Below the pieces are notes generated by a model, which ran no database searches, was not told where the DNA came from, and saw nothing but the letters and a program-made list of their open reading frames with translations. DNA of 64,000 nucleotides from Myxococcota bacterium (GTDB taxonomy: Bacteria > Myxococcota_A > Polyangia > Nannocystales > Nannocystaceae): positions 672,001 to 736,000 of the forward strand of contig JBCCHT010000001.1 of the NCBI GenBank assembly GCA_039028615.1, in the 5' to 3' direction. Every line of letters begins with the position of its first letter. Position 1 is the first letter of the stretch. The position numbers and the translations under genes were made by a program. Below, piece by piece: positions 19,975 to 32,324 of this stretch.

Positions 19975-21242
19975 CGCCGGTCGGCGGATATGGCCCCGGC
20001 CAGCTCGGCGCCCACGACTGCATTGCCTTGCGGCGAGTAGTGCTCGGAGCGGCCGTACATCGCGTCGACCGACGACGACGACACCGCCTCCATGAACGCC
20101 GCCTCCGTCTCGACCCAGGCGTGGCGCGCGTCGATCTCGTCGCGCAGCCCGGCGTACCACAGCGACCGCGGGTCCTCGGCGATGCGCTCGAGGTCGATCT
20201 TCTTGGGCAGGTGCACGACGTAGAAATCGGCCCCGCTGTGCTGCACTTCCCCCTCGAAGGCCCCCACGATCGCCAGCGCGAGCGCGGCCGGCTCCCCGTC
20301 GACGTCGTAGTAGGGCTGCTGTCCCTCGTAGAACAGGCGGCCGACGTGGTGCGCCTTCCAGCCCGAGAGATAGCCGAGCAATCGACTGCCCTGCCACCAA
20401 CGGGGCTCGAAGTCCGACGCCACATAGAACTCGTCGTGCTCGCGCAAGGGCCAGTGCTCCAGGTCGGCCAGCACCTGCGGCAGCGCGTCGGGGCCGATCG
20501 CGGGCTGATTGATGACCTCGAGCCGTCCATCGCGCAGCAGAAACCGCGGCTTGGTGAAGGGCAGCCGCGTGCGCCAGAAGTACAGCACCCGGATCATGTT
20601 GAGCGAGCGCAGGATGTTCTCCGACTGGAAGCCCAACACCACCACGTCGAGGCCGAACGAGGCGCCGTCTTTTCGCCAGCGCAACAGGGCCTGGTCGAGG
20701 CCGTAGCCCCCGACCCCGAAGTTGAAGACCTTCGCCTCGATCCCCTGCGCGTTCAGGCTCTGCTCGAGCACGTGCCCCCAGGTCTGCGCATAGTCGACGC
20801 CGTCGCCGTGGGTGAACGAATCCCCGAACAGGCCCACCCGCAGGACGCCAGGCTCACGCGACTTCGATGGTCTGCGCTTCACACTCGGTGCCCGCAGGCC
20901 AGCCCCATCGTAGATGTAGCTGCCCTTGTGGCACCGCGTCCGCGGGTTGTTGCGCCAGCCGAGATCCGGGTCGTAGCGAAAGCACGGCTGCTTGCCCGCC
21001 GCCAGTTCCTCGGCCCGAGCGCGGGTCCACTCGACCGGGGGCACGAAGGGCCGCAGACGCCCCCCGAACGCGGTCTGGTTGCCATCGGCGTCGGTGCGGG
21101 TCCGAACCCGGACCACCACCTCGAGCACGGCCCACGCCACCGCGATGCCGAGCCCCAGCGCCATCGCCCGCATCACCCAGCCGCGACGACGCTGAGCCGC
21201 GGGCGAACGGGGTGAAGCAGGCGCAGGCGGGGAGGCACTCAT
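19971..21242 (-). CDS. Membrane-anchored SGNH/GDSL hydrolase family protein
   Basis: N-terminal TM; FGDSFTHG, FNFGVGGYG, EHYSPQGN. Confidence 0.85.
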   Translation of the reverse strand: MSASPPAPASPRSPAAQRRRGWVMRAMALGLGIAVAWAVLEVVVRVRTRTDADGNQTAFGGRLRPFVPPVEWTRARAEELAAGKQPCFRYDPDLGWRNNPRTRCHKGSYIYDGAGLRAPSVKRRPSKSREPGVLRVGLFGDSFTHGDGVDYAQTWGHVLEQSLNAQGIEAKVFNFGVGGYGLDQALLRWRKDGASFGLDVVVLGFQSENILRSLNMIRVLYFWRTRLPFTKPRFLLRDGRLEVINQPAIGPDALPQVLADLEHWPLREHDEFYVASDFEPRWWQGSRLLGYLSGWKAHHVGRLFYEGQQPYYDVDGEPAALALAIVGAFEGEVQHSGADFYVVHLPKKIDLERIAEDPRSLWYAGLRDEIDARHAWVETEAAFMEAVSSSSVDAMYGRSEHYSPQGNAVVGAELAGAISADRR

Positions 21243-21263
21243 GCCAGCCGCAGCTTGGCCGGA

Positions 21264-22367
21264 TCACCGCCGCTCGGGCAAGCTCTGGGCGCACCGAAAG
21301 CCGATGTTGCGGTTGGTGACCGTGGGCTCGTGCGGGTTGCGAACGCTGCTGCGAAGAAAAAAGGGATCGGTGGTGTCCCAGCCTCCGCCCCGGACGATCC
21401 GCAGATCGCCGGTCTCGGGCCCCGTGGGGTCGGCCATCACCGAGACGTCGTAGGGCGCGTACCAGTCGGCGACCCAGTTCCAGACGCTGCCCGCCATGTC
21501 GTGCACCCCATAGGGCGAGTCGCCTTGCGGCCGGCTGCCGACCGGGACGGAGTTGCCGGCCCCACACCCACCGCCGTTGCCTTCGTTCATGGTCACCCGC
21601 TCGCAGGAGGGCTCAGGCGCATTCCCCCAGGGGTACGTGAGACCGCGGGTGCCCCGGGCCGCCTTCTCCCACTCGGCCTCGGTGGGCAGCCGCTTGATCT
21701 CCGGCGTCCCCGCCCACTCGCAGTAGGTATCGGCGTGGTACCAGGTGACACAGTTGATGGGGTGTTGGTCGCGCCCCGGAACGCCGAAGTTGCAGCCGAA
21801 CTGCGAGAGGGGCGGCAGGCAGACCCCCGCCTCGACGCACTCGGCGTACTGCACCACGGTGACCTCGAGGGCATCGATGAAGAACGGCTCGAGCTCGACT
21901 TGGCGCACGGGGAGTTCATCGAAGGCCCCACCCCCCGCGCCCATCTCGAACGGGCCCCCCGGGATGAGCACCATGCCGCGAGGAACACACTCGATGACGT
22001 CGAAGGTGCAGTCGTCGTTGCAGCCCAGCGGCCCCTCGTAGCCGAGCAGGCTCTCGCAGCTCAGCTCGCCGAGATTCTCGCCGTCGCAGGACTCACCAAA
22101 GTCGATCTGGCCGTTGCCGCAGCCCTCGGCCGTACCCGTGGTGTCGTCGGTTTCGGAGCTCGTGGAGCCATCGCCATCGCTCTCGCCCGGCCCCGTGCTC
22201 GTGTCGGCGCCCTCGGCGGCTACCCCGGTGGAGCCGCCCGTCGTGCCCGAATCCTCGGGCTCGGCCCCACCTTCGACCGCCAGACACCCACCCCACGCCC
22301 ACGACGCGACGACCGCGACGAGGGCACCCCGGGTGGCACCACGAACGAGTAAACAAGGATCAAACAC
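21264..22367 (-). CDS. Formylglycine-generating enzyme (SUMF1/FGE-sulfatase) domain lipoprotein
   Basis: IPGGPFEMG, RLPTEAEWEKAARG, SPYGVHDMAGSVWNW, RGGGW, IGFRCA; Cys-rich linker; start uncertain (GTG 22367 or TTG 22412). Confidence 0.88.
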   Translation of the reverse strand: MFDPCLLVRGATRGALVAVVASWAWGGCLAVEGGAEPEDSGTTGGSTGVAAEGADTSTGPGESDGDGSTSSETDDTTGTAEGCGNGQIDFGESCDGENLGELSCESLLGYEGPLGCNDDCTFDVIECVPRGMVLIPGGPFEMGAGGGAFDELPVRQVELEPFFIDALEVTVVQYAECVEAGVCLPPLSQFGCNFGVPGRDQHPINCVTWYHADTYCEWAGTPEIKRLPTEAEWEKAARGTRGLTYPWGNAPEPSCERVTMNEGNGGGCGAGNSVPVGSRPQGDSPYGVHDMAGSVWNWVADWYAPYDVSVMADPTGPETGDLRIVRGGGWDTTDPFFLRSSVRNPHEPTVTNRNIGFRCAQSLPERR

Positions 22368-22493
22368 TATGTAGTGTTCATAGTCGTTGCCGCCCGATTC
22401 TTCGACCGACAATTCGTGTCCTCGATTGGGCCGGCTTCAAAGCCGCCGAGCCGGCCGCCCCTATCCCCCGCGGCGAGGCTGGTAGCCCGCACC

Positions 22494-23660
22494 TCAGGGC
22501 ACGACGATACCGCCCGTGAACACGATGTCGTCGACCCAAACCGTGTCATCACCGTGCGCGATGATGCCGTCCTTGTCGTAGCGCCACTCGAAGTTGTGTA
22601 GGCCAGCCGGGACCGGCATCACGTAGGTCTCGGCCTCGGTCAGCCCCGACCACTGCTCCTGGACCACGCCATCCATATAGAAGAGCAGGAAGTCGTAGCC
22701 CCCTTCGGTGCTCTCGCGGTGGGTGAAGGAGATCTGCCCCTCGGACCCGAAGAGCCCGTCGATCGACATGAAGTTCACGTCGCTGTCGTCCAGGTCGGTG
22801 GAGGTCGCGGAGTAGGTGCCCGCGATGGCGTTGGCCGACTCCACGACCCAAGGCAACGCGAGCGGCAGCGAGAAGAACTCGGGAGGCAGCACGCCGCCCT
22901 CGAAATCCTGCACGTACTCGCCGCCCGTGCAGCCGCTGACGTCGGCGATGCAGCTGGCCACGTCGCACGCGAGCGCGCCTCCGTCAAAGCCCATCGTCAC
23001 GCAGGTCGCCCCGCCGAAGTCGGCTCCGTCGCAGGCCTCCTCGCCCTGCGCGACGCCGTCGCCACAGATCGAGCACCCGGACAGGTCGAAGGCGCAGTCG
23101 CTGCCACACGCGACCGTCCCGCCCTCGAAGCCCATCGACTCGCAGGTGACCGCGGCCGGGACCTCGCCCTCGCAGTCTTCGGCTTCGTCGACGACCCCGT
23201 TGCCACAAGTGAGGCAGCCCGCCACGTCGAAGCCGCCGCAGTCGGCACTGCAGCCCAGCTCGCCGCCCCCAAAACCCAGGGACTCACAGGTCGCGCCGTC
23301 GAGGTCGGTCTGGTCGCAGACCTCGTCGCCCTCGACGATGGCATCCCCACACGAGGAGGCCATGCCCGTGCTCGCCTCGCCGCCCGAGTCCTCGGTCGCC
23401 GTGTCCATGCCCGTGCTCGCCTCCTCGCCCGTGCTCGTCCCCGGCTCGCCGCCGTCGCTACTGCCCTCCGAAGAGACCTCTTCCTCGCCCGCCGTGCTCC
23501 CGCCCGACGACTCGTCGTGCGCGTGGCCAGTCGTGCCGCTCGAGCTGGCCGCCTCCGACTCCCCGACATCGTCCGGGTCGGCATCGCCGCATCCGACGGC
23601 CAGGGCCGGGGCAAGGGTGCACAGGGTCAACAGTCGAACGAAGGGTCGGAGAGTCGTCAT
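22494..23660 (-). CDS. Cysteine-rich repeat lipoprotein with C-terminal beta-sandwich domain
   Basis: AVGC lipobox; three CG(D/N)-x5-E.C(D/E)...TC.(S/T).GF.GG...C repeats; C-terminal STEGGYDFL...WRYDKD...DTVWVDDI. Confidence 0.8.
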   Translation of the reverse strand: MTTLRPFVRLLTLCTLAPALAVGCGDADPDDVGESEAASSSGTTGHAHDESSGGSTAGEEEVSSEGSSDGGEPGTSTGEEASTGMDTATEDSGGEASTGMASSCGDAIVEGDEVCDQTDLDGATCESLGFGGGELGCSADCGGFDVAGCLTCGNGVVDEAEDCEGEVPAAVTCESMGFEGGTVACGSDCAFDLSGCSICGDGVAQGEEACDGADFGGATCVTMGFDGGALACDVASCIADVSGCTGGEYVQDFEGGVLPPEFFSLPLALPWVVESANAIAGTYSATSTDLDDSDVNFMSIDGLFGSEGQISFTHRESTEGGYDFLLFYMDGVVQEQWSGLTEAETYVMPVPAGLHNFEWRYDKDGIIAHGDDTVWVDDIVFTGGIVVP

Positions 23661-23783
23661 CGCCAAGCTCGCCTCGGTGGGCTCGGCGTGATGGACCGAC
23701 CGATCCGATTTTCGATCACGGCTCGGCTGTTTTTTCTGGGAAACCGGCCTCAGCGGGTTTCCTGGCGGTTCGACGCCCCTGGC

Positions 23784-25712
23784 TCACAGCCGCGTCAGGT
23801 ACGGGTAGGACTGCAGCAGCCCCAGCGTCCACTGCTGGCCCAGCGAGGTCTCCCGCTCGAGGTGTCGCTGGCGGAAGTCGTGCCGCAGCCCGTCGATGTC
23901 GAAGTCCATCGCCAGCAGCGAGTCCTCGTTGGTCGCCCCCATCTTCACGTCGAGCACGAGGTCGTCATTCAGCGTGATCGGCACCACGCCCGCGATCTCG
24001 AGCGACGGCTCGTCGGGCCCCCGCACCACCACGTCGTGGATGCGCGAGAACAGGTTGTGCTGATTGGCGAGGCTGTCCTGGTAGGCCCCCGTCATGAAGA
24101 AGCCCAGGTAGTACTTCTCCTTCGAGTCCTTGCGCTCGTGCAGCGGCAAGAAGCGCATGTTGTCGTCGGGGTGGGCAAAGCTCGTCACGCAGCCGTCGCT
24201 GTCGCAGGTAATGTCGACGATCTCGGTGTTGAGCGTGGGTCGCTCGCCGTGCCTCGACAGCGGCGCGGCCGGGAACACCTGGTCCACACTCCACGCGTCG
24301 GGCAACGACTGGAAAATGGAAAAGTTCGCCAGGTACTTGCGCTGCGCCTTGCCCAGGTACGCGGCGATCTCCTCGGACGGTCGCTTGAGCCCGTCGATGA
24401 TGAGGGTGACCTTGCTGCGAACCTCCAAGAACAAGGCTTCCGCCGCGGCCCGGTCCTCGAGGGAGAGATAACCGCTGGAGAACAGCTCCAGGGCCTCGTC
24501 GCGAAAGTCGACCGCGTCGTGGAAGTACTCCTCGTAGTTCTTCGCGGACAAAAGCTCCAGCGTCTCGCGCAGCGACGCGATGATTCGATGCTCGGCCTCG
24601 CGGGGCTCGGACTGCGGCGGCAAGGGCAACGACCCCTGCACCTCTCGCAGATCGGTGATCGTCACCGCGTGTCGAGCCACCATCGCTCGGCCGCTCTCGG
24701 TCACCAGGGTCGGCGCGGTGGCCCCCGTCTCCTCCACCACCTCACCCACCTCGAACACGGCCTGGCTGGCGTACTCCTCGACGCTGTAGTTCGCCGAAGA
24801 CGGGTACGACGACCGGCTGCCGTCGTAGTCCACGCCCAGGCCACCCCCGATGTCGAGGTAGCGCATGGTGGGCGCGTACGACAGCTGCAGCGCGCTATAA
24901 AGCCGCGCCGCCTCGCGGATGGCCTGCTTGATCTGCTTGATGCGGGTGATCTGCGAGCCGATATGGAAGTGCAGCAAGACCAGGCGCTCGAGCTGATCGG
25001 CGGCCTCGAGCGTGTGCACCACGTCGAGGATCTCGGTGGTGGTCAGGCCGAACTTGGAGGTCTCTCCGCCGGAGCTCTGCCAGCGGCCGCTGCCCCGCGC
25101 GTAGAGCTTGGCGCGAACGCCCAGGTCCGGGGTCGCCTTCCACTCTTGCTCCTGGCCCACCTGGATGAAGCGCACCACCTCGCGGATCGACTCGATGATC
25201 ACGATGACCCGATGCCCGAGCTCGGCCGCGTGATAGGCCATGCGCATGAACTCGCGGTCCTTGTAGCCGTTGACCAGGAGCGGCGCGTCCTCGGTGGGCG
25301 GCTGCGCCATGGCCAGGAGCATCTCGGGCTTGCTCCCCGCCTCGAGGCCGAAGCCGACCTCGCGGGCCTGGGTCACCGCGTCGATCACCACCTTGCGCTG
25401 GTTGACCTTGATGGGCAGCACCCCGCGGTAGCCCCCGCTGTAGCCGTTCTCGGTGATCGCCTTGTGGAAGGCCCGAGTCAGCCGCTGCATCTGCCCCTTC
25501 ACCACGGTGGGGAAGCGGACGATGAACGGGGTTCGAATGCCGCGCCCCTCGAGGTGCTCGGCGAGCTGGTGCAGGTCCACGGGGGCGAGCCCGGGTGCAC
25601 GAAACACCAGGTGCCCCTGGTCGTTGACGGACAAGAACTCCTCGCCCCAGCGATCGACGCCGTAGCGCTTGAGCGAGACCTCCATCGCGTAGGGAGCGGG
25701 CACGCCAGCCAT
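23784..25712 (-). CDS. speA: Biosynthetic arginine decarboxylase
   Basis: YGVDRWG, PIKVNQ (PLP lysine), [52 protein letters not shown]. Confidence 0.96.
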   Translation of the reverse strand: MAGVPAPYAMEVSLKRYGVDRWGEEFLSVNDQGHLVFRAPGLAPVDLHQLAEHLEGRGIRTPFIVRFPTVVKGQMQRLTRAFHKAITENGYSGGYRGVLPIKVNQRKVVIDAVTQAREVGFGLEAGSKPEMLLAMAQPPTEDAPLLVNGYKDREFMRMAYHAAELGHRVIVIIESIREVVRFIQVGQEQEWKATPDLGVRAKLYARGSGRWQSSGGETSKFGLTTTEILDVVHTLEAADQLERLVLLHFHIGSQITRIKQIKQAIREAARLYSALQLSYAPTMRYLDIGGGLGVDYDGSRSSYPSSANYSVEEYASQAVFEVGEVVEETGATAPTLVTESGRAMVARHAVTITDLREVQGSLPLPPQSEPREAEHRIIASLRETLELLSAKNYEEYFHDAVDFRDEALELFSSGYLSLEDRAAAEALFLEVRSKVTLIIDGLKRPSEEIAAYLGKAQRKYLANFSIFQSLPDAWSVDQVFPAAPLSRHGERPTLNTEIVDITCDSDGCVTSFAHPDDNMRFLPLHERKDSKEKYYLGFFMTGAYQDSLANQHNLFSRIHDVVVRGPDEPSLEIAGVVPITLNDDLVLDVKMGATNEDSLLAMDFDIDGLRHDFRQRHLERETSLGQQWTLGLLQSYPYLTRL

Positions 25713-25912
25713 CCCCGCCAGGGTGGCCGCGGTCGTTGCCGGGGCGCAAGACCCGGGGCTCCCCCCTTCGCCAGAGGCATCCCGCGGGGCCCCACGGGTC
25801 CAAAGAGCCCGCCCGGGGGGCGGCCCGCTCCCGGTCGGCGAGCCCCGCGAGCCCCTGCTATGCTCCGGCCCCTCCCGCCCCCTGGGCGGCCCCAAGCAAG
25901 CGAGCAAGAGCC

Positions 25913-27595
<1,683 letters not shown>

Positions 27596-27618
27596 CACAC
27601 ACCGCGCACTCGAGGCGG

Positions 27619-27649
27619 CGGGCCCACGACGACCATCGTCGTGGGCTCG
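27619..27649 (+). terminator. Stem-loop after ettA (possible terminator)
   Basis: GCCCACGACGA-cca-TCGTCGTGGGC 11-bp core stem; only a weak U tract follows. Confidence 0.5.
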
Positions 27650-27722
27650 ACTCGTTTGTGGGTGAACGCAATGCCACGTGGGCACTCGAAGCTCGGCTCG
27701 TCGGCCTGCGATGGCATTCGGC

Positions 27723-27755
27723 CGCAGGACGCAGGACGCAGGACGCAGGACGCAG
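27723..27755. repeat. Heptamer tandem repeat (CGCAGGA) x ~4.7
   Basis: cgcaggacgcaggacgcaggacgcaggacgcag read directly; intergenic. Confidence 0.9.
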
Positions 27756-27877
27756 CGTCACGCTCTGGAAAACGGCCCGAACGTGCCGTTTCTTTTCATG
27801 AGAAAGAGACGGTCCAAATTCGGTCTCCGACTGCCTATAGAGAGGCGAACTGGCAGCATCTGGCCGCCCCCCACCTC

Positions 27878-28792
27878 ATGCTTTCACGATCTTCAGCCCT
27901 TCTCGTCCTTCTGCTCGTGTTCGGCACCTCCTCCCTCGCCCAGGCGATGGAGCCCGCGGAGGCGCAACCCGGTGCCACCGCGCCCAGCAACGACCGCGGG
28001 GCCTCGCCGTCACCGGACGATGACGGAACGGCCGCCGAGCCTGCGCCCACCCCCGACGAATCGTCGCCGTCCCCAGACCGGACGCCCGACGAGTCGTCCG
28101 CACCGACGGAGGAGCCCGCGGAGGACATCGCCGAGCCTCCTGCCCCTCGCGTCTACGACTACGACTCGCCCGATCTCGAACGTCGAGGCCGGTCTTCCGC
28201 TGCCCCCACCGCGACCGACGCACAGGACCCGCTCCAACTTCGCCGGGCTCGGCTCGGCGGCATCCTCGTCGGCGTCGGGCTCACCGCCGCCGTCGTGGCC
28301 CCGGTCGTCGTGGTCCGCCCTCGTCCCGCCATCGCCGTCGACACGGGTGATGGCACCTCGCTCGCGCTCTCGGCCGATGGCGGCCCGCTGATCGCGGGGG
28401 GTGTCGTCAGCGTCGTCGGTGGGGTCACCACCATCGTCGGCGGGCGCATGCTCTCCGACCTCGGGGGCGACCCACGCCATGCGCCGCGTCGCCAACGCGC
28501 GCTGGGCATCGCATCCGGGGTCAGCTTCGGGGTCGCCAGCGGCCTATTCGTGGCCGGCGTGGTCGACATGGCCCGGGGCGGCGTGCTGTGGAACAACGTG
28601 CTCGAGCGCGAGTTCTCCCCGGAGAACGTCGTCGACGGCGAAGAGGCCGGCCGCCGTATCACCCGAGGCATCGCCATGCTCTCCGCCGCCCTCCCCATGG
28701 CCGGACTCGGCCTCGGCCTGAGCCTGGGCGACGATGCTCGGGCCCGCGTCGTCCCCAGCGGAGCCGGAGTCGCAGTCGTCGGGCAGTTCTAG
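27878..28792 (+). CDS. Hypothetical secreted/membrane protein with Pro-rich linker
   Basis: Signal peptide ..SSLAQA; several Gly-rich hydrophobic segments; C-terminal VVPSGAGVAVVGQF. Confidence 0.7.
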   Translation: MLSRSSALLVLLLVFGTSSLAQAMEPAEAQPGATAPSNDRGASPSPDDDGTAAEPAPTPDESSPSPDRTPDESSAPTEEPAEDIAEPPAPRVYDYDSPDLERRGRSSAAPTATDAQDPLQLRRARLGGILVGVGLTAAVVAPVVVVRPRPAIAVDTGDGTSLALSADGGPLIAGGVVSVVGGVTTIVGGRMLSDLGGDPRHAPRRQRALGIASGVSFGVASGLFVAGVVDMARGGVLWNNVLEREFSPENVVDGEEAGRRITRGIAMLSAALPMAGLGLGLSLGDDARARVVPSGAGVAVVGQF

Positions 28793-28831
28793 GGGTCGAT
28801 CGACCGGGGCCAAGTCCTCGCGGCCTCGCCC

Positions 28832-29293
28832 CTACCAGCTCGAGTGCGAGTGCGAGTGCGAGTGGTCCTCGTCGTCGTCCTCGGGCGCGCGGCAGTCCTC
28901 GAAACTCACGACCCCCTCGACATGCCAGCCGCGTGGCGTGGTGCAGTCCATCTCGAAGCTGCCCTGCATCTTGCCGTTGTCGGTGGTCGAGTTGAACTTG
29001 CGCAGCAGGTCGCCGTCGAGGAACTCGCAGTCGTCTCGGTCCAGATCGAAGGCCCCCACGCCGGGCGAGAAGAACAGCACCGCGGGCGCGTCGTCCCGAC
29101 GGTAGAAGTTCATGATCTGGTGCGCGTCGTCGGACAGCTCGACCCCGAAGAACCCGCGGTCGTTGCCGTCGGTGCACTGGGTCGGCACGAACTTCAGCGT
29201 GGCTCCGCGATCGGTCGACAGCGAGACGTGCCCCGACACCGGATCGGAGCATGCCAACAGACCCACCAGAGGAACGAGACCCAGCCAACGCAT
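28832..29293 (-). CDS. Hypothetical lipoprotein with acidic/His-Ser tail
   Basis: LLAC lipobox; ends EDDDEDHSHSHSHSSW. Confidence 0.75.
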   Translation of the reverse strand: MRWLGLVPLVGLLACSDPVSGHVSLSTDRGATLKFVPTQCTDGNDRGFFGVELSDDAHQIMNFYRRDDAPAVLFFSPGVGAFDLDRDDCEFLDGDLLRKFNSTTDNGKMQGSFEMDCTTPRGWHVEGVVSFEDCRAPEDDDEDHSHSHSHSSW

Positions 29294-29552
29294 GCCCCCT
29301 CACGATACAGGGCTCCGCCAGCGCGAACGAGCGACACGGGTGGACAATTTCCGGCCGGAGCCCGCCTCGGCGTCACGCGCGACGCTCTGGAGACAATCGG
29401 GTGCCGAGGCGTCGAAGTGGCCGTGATCGCTCGAATCGGCCGCCATCGGCATCGTCGATGGAAGCGTCGTGCGAGTGCAGCGGCTGCTCGCCGCCGCCCT
29501 CGATGTCCCGCAGCCAACGAGCTGAACGCGCCCGAGTGACGATCACCGCCGC

Positions 29553-30725
29553 TCAGCGACGGCGACGACGCAGGCCGAGCAGGCCGAGCAGCAGCGCCGC
29601 GCCGAACCACGGGGGGGCGCCCGTCGAGCAGCCGCAGCCCCCTCCGTCTCCGCCGTCGGCCGCCCCACCGTCGCCCTCGGTCGTCGCCTCTCCCGAAGAG
29701 CCGGTCTGCGCACCACTGGAGGTGCCGGGGCTTCCCGAAGTCGTCCCCGGCATGGTGTCGGACGTGCCGCCGTCGGCGGCGCCCGTCGTGCCGTCTCCGT
29801 CTCCGCTGGCTTCGTCGTCGTTGCCGTCGCCGCTCCCCTCGTCACCCGTGCTCTCGCCATCGCCCTCGTTCAGGCACGAGGCGGAGCACCCATCGTCGTC
29901 GTCGTCGTTGCCGTCGTCGCACTCTTCGCCCGACTCGAGGATCGTGTTGCCACACTCGCCGTCGGCCCACTCGATGATGTTCTGCGCGAGCGCCAGGTTG
30001 TCGAGGTCGTTGATGTACGTGCTGGTGAACGCGTTGTGGTCGGAGACGACGAGGATCCGCCCCCCTTCCGCGAAGCCGGTCGAGGGCTCGAACACCACGA
30101 TGAACACGTCCTCGAGTCCCTCACCCGCCGCCAGGATCTCGCCCTCCGAGGGGTAGGTGAAGTTGACCGTGCCGTCGAGCTGGACCGCCGTGATCCCGTC
30201 CATGATGGGATGCGCGGTCACGGGGGAGCCGGTGTTGAAGCCGAGCGAGTACACGAAGTTGGCGACGCCCCAGCCCGAGAGCCAGCTGTCGTAGACCCCC
30301 TCGAAGGGGCCCTCGAAGCCGTTGCTGTCGGGGTGGATGACGAGCGTGCCGCCGTCGGCGATGAAGCCCGCCAGCGCGGTCGCTTCGTCCTCCGACAGGG
30401 TGCCCAGCGCCCCCGCGGTGGGGCCGGTGCCATCGCTGAGCATGGCCGTGTAGAAGATGTCCACGCCGGCGAGATACTCGGGGGTCAGCTCGTCGGTGGC
30501 ATCGGCCAGCTCGTCACCGTTGTCCTCGATGAGCCCGCGGAGCTCGCTGTGGTTGGTGCCGTACAGCGTGCCCGTCTGGTAGGCCATGCGGGAGGTATCG
30601 AAGCTGCCCCAGCTCGCCGCCTGAGCAACGGTGGCGGGCGTGGCGAGGGCCAGGAGCAAACCCAGCCCACCCGCGACGCGGGGCGAGGAGACAGCGGTGA
30701 ACATCGGCAGTAGTCGAGTCTTCAT
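29553..30725 (-). CDS. MYXO-CTERM sorting-domain protein with one DUF4215 repeat
   Basis: Signal peptide; CGNTILESGEECDDGN...GC; C-terminal GGGCGCSTGAPPWFGAALLLGLLGLRRRRR. Confidence 0.88.
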   Translation of the reverse strand: MKTRLLPMFTAVSSPRVAGGLGLLLALATPATVAQAASWGSFDTSRMAYQTGTLYGTNHSELRGLIEDNGDELADATDELTPEYLAGVDIFYTAMLSDGTGPTAGALGTLSEDEATALAGFIADGGTLVIHPDSNGFEGPFEGVYDSWLSGWGVANFVYSLGFNTGSPVTAHPIMDGITAVQLDGTVNFTYPSEGEILAAGEGLEDVFIVVFEPSTGFAEGGRILVVSDHNAFTSTYINDLDNLALAQNIIEWADGECGNTILESGEECDDGNDDDDDGCSASCLNEGDGESTGDEGSGDGNDDEASGDGDGTTGAADGGTSDTMPGTTSGSPGTSSGAQTGSSGEATTEGDGGAADGGDGGGCGCSTGAPPWFGAALLLGLLGLRRRRR

Positions 30726-30793
30726 GGGAGTTATGGGCTCACCCTAGCTCCGCTCTCCGGTCGATGCGAACGCCATTTGCTAGAGTGCTCGCA

Positions 30794-31561
30794 GTGCTCA
30801 AGAAGCTCGCGATCGCGCTGTTGCTGCTCGTGCTCGTGGTCGCAGGCGTCCTGGGCTGGCTGTGGCATCGGGCCACCGAGCTGCCCGAGTGGTACACCGA
30901 GCAGTCGCTCGAGGAGTACGCGGGGCAGCCCGTGCGTGAAGACGGCACGGTCGCGCCTCCGCAGTGGATCGCCCTCGACGAGCAGGGTCAACGTCTGCCC
31001 CAGGCCGAGCCCGAACTCGCACCGTCGGCGGCCCCACCTCCGGTCGACGCCCAGGCCGAAGGCGCTCCCGCGACCGCCCAACCGTCCCCGCGCAAGCGCC
31101 GACGCGCGGAGCCCAACCCGGCCGCCAAGCGCCACGAACTCCGCGGCTTCCACGTGCGACGGGGCAAGGACGGCAGGCCGCGCTCCAGCCCGGCCATCAA
31201 GGCCTCGCGGGCCTCCTACGAGTCGAGGCGACTCGAGATCGGGGTCATCCTCGACCTGTCTCGCCTCCCCCGCGACAAGCTGAAGAAGCGCGATCGCATC
31301 CGCTACCAGCGAGCGGTCGACAACTTCCCCGGCATCACCGATCGCGACGTCTGGGTCGGGGTCGAAGACGAGCCGATCAGCGTCGGCGGCTACCTCCAGC
31401 TCAGCCCCGAAGCCGAGGTTCGCATCGGCAGCCTGACCTACTCGCTGGCGAGCGCGGCAGAGCGCATGGGCATGTCGTCGATGGAGCTGCGCCTGGAGCT
31501 CAACCGCGAGCTTCGTCGGCTGGGCTTCGTGGACCCCGAGGGGCGCTCCTCGGCCGACTGA
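30794..31561 (+). CDS. Hypothetical membrane-anchored protein
   Basis: N-terminal KKLAIALLLLVLVVAGVLGWLW anchor; GTG 30794 is preceded by TAGAGT (alternative start 30764). Confidence 0.7.
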   Translation: MLKKLAIALLLLVLVVAGVLGWLWHRATELPEWYTEQSLEEYAGQPVREDGTVAPPQWIALDEQGQRLPQAEPELAPSAAPPPVDAQAEGAPATAQPSPRKRRRAEPNPAAKRHELRGFHVRRGKDGRPRSSPAIKASRASYESRRLEIGVILDLSRLPRDKLKKRDRIRYQRAVDNFPGITDRDVWVGVEDEPISVGGYLQLSPEAEVRIGSLTYSLASAAERMGMSSMELRLELNRELRRLGFVDPEGRSSAD

Positions 31562-31571
31562 CGATTGGCGC

Positions 31572-32279
31572 CTATCGCTTGGGCCGACGCCGAACCTTAC
31601 GGAGCGTCCCGTCCGCGACCATCTCGTCGCGTCGCTGCGCCATGATCGCTTGCTCCTCGTCCACGAAGAAGCGCTCCGACCAAGGCGGGTTGCGGTGCGG
31701 AGACTTGTTCATGATGCTCTTGCGGTAGCCCGAGTGCGGCAGCCCGAAGAAGTGCCCCGCTTCATGGGCGAGCACCAGCGAAGAAGCGATGGACGACAGG
31801 ATGATCCATCGTTTCGAGGTCTCGGCGCGGTCACGCCAGTGCACGCCGCGAATGACCTCGCCCTCGACGTCCACGTCGGCCAGGCGCCGCACCACGAACA
31901 CGTGGATGACGCCCAGCGAGTGCTCCTTGCGACCGATCTGGTCGCGATCCAGGCGGGTCTGCATGTCGGCAAAGCGGGCATCGGCGGGGACGACCGAGCC
32001 CACGCGAAAGCCCACCCCGATGGGCGCAAACAGGCGGTTGGCCTCGCGCACCTGAGCCGCGAACCACTGCGAAGTCTGCACGGCTTCGCCGTCTTCTTCG
32101 ACTACGTGCACGGCGAGCTTGAAGCAGTGCCGAACCTTGCGCGGGCACACGGGCGAGCCGGTCACGAACGCCTGCAGGCCCAGCTGCTCGTGGACCTTGG
32201 CCATGTGCACCGCCCCCATGGCGCCCACCGTGGGTCCGCCCGCCCACAGACTCGAAGACAACAAGATCGCGCTGAGCAT
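31572..32279 (-). CDS. Secreted metzincin zinc metalloprotease
   Basis: LAHEAGHFFGLPHS (HExxHxxGxxH) and SIMN Met-turn; signal peptide. Confidence 0.88.
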   Translation of the reverse strand: MLSAILLSSSLWAGGPTVGAMGAVHMAKVHEQLGLQAFVTGSPVCPRKVRHCFKLAVHVVEEDGEAVQTSQWFAAQVREANRLFAPIGVGFRVGSVVPADARFADMQTRLDRDQIGRKEHSLGVIHVFVVRRLADVDVEGEVIRGVHWRDRAETSKRWIILSSIASSLVLAHEAGHFFGLPHSGYRKSIMNKSPHRNPPWSERFFVDEEQAIMAQRRDEMVADGTLRKVRRRPKR

Positions 32280-32324
32280 GGTGACCCGAGGCGCCCACCT
32301 TAGCAGGCCCCCGGGCGGCTCGGT

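Noticed and set aside
27723..27755. Repeat as a CRISPR remnant
   Set aside because: 7-bp units with no spacers and no cas genes
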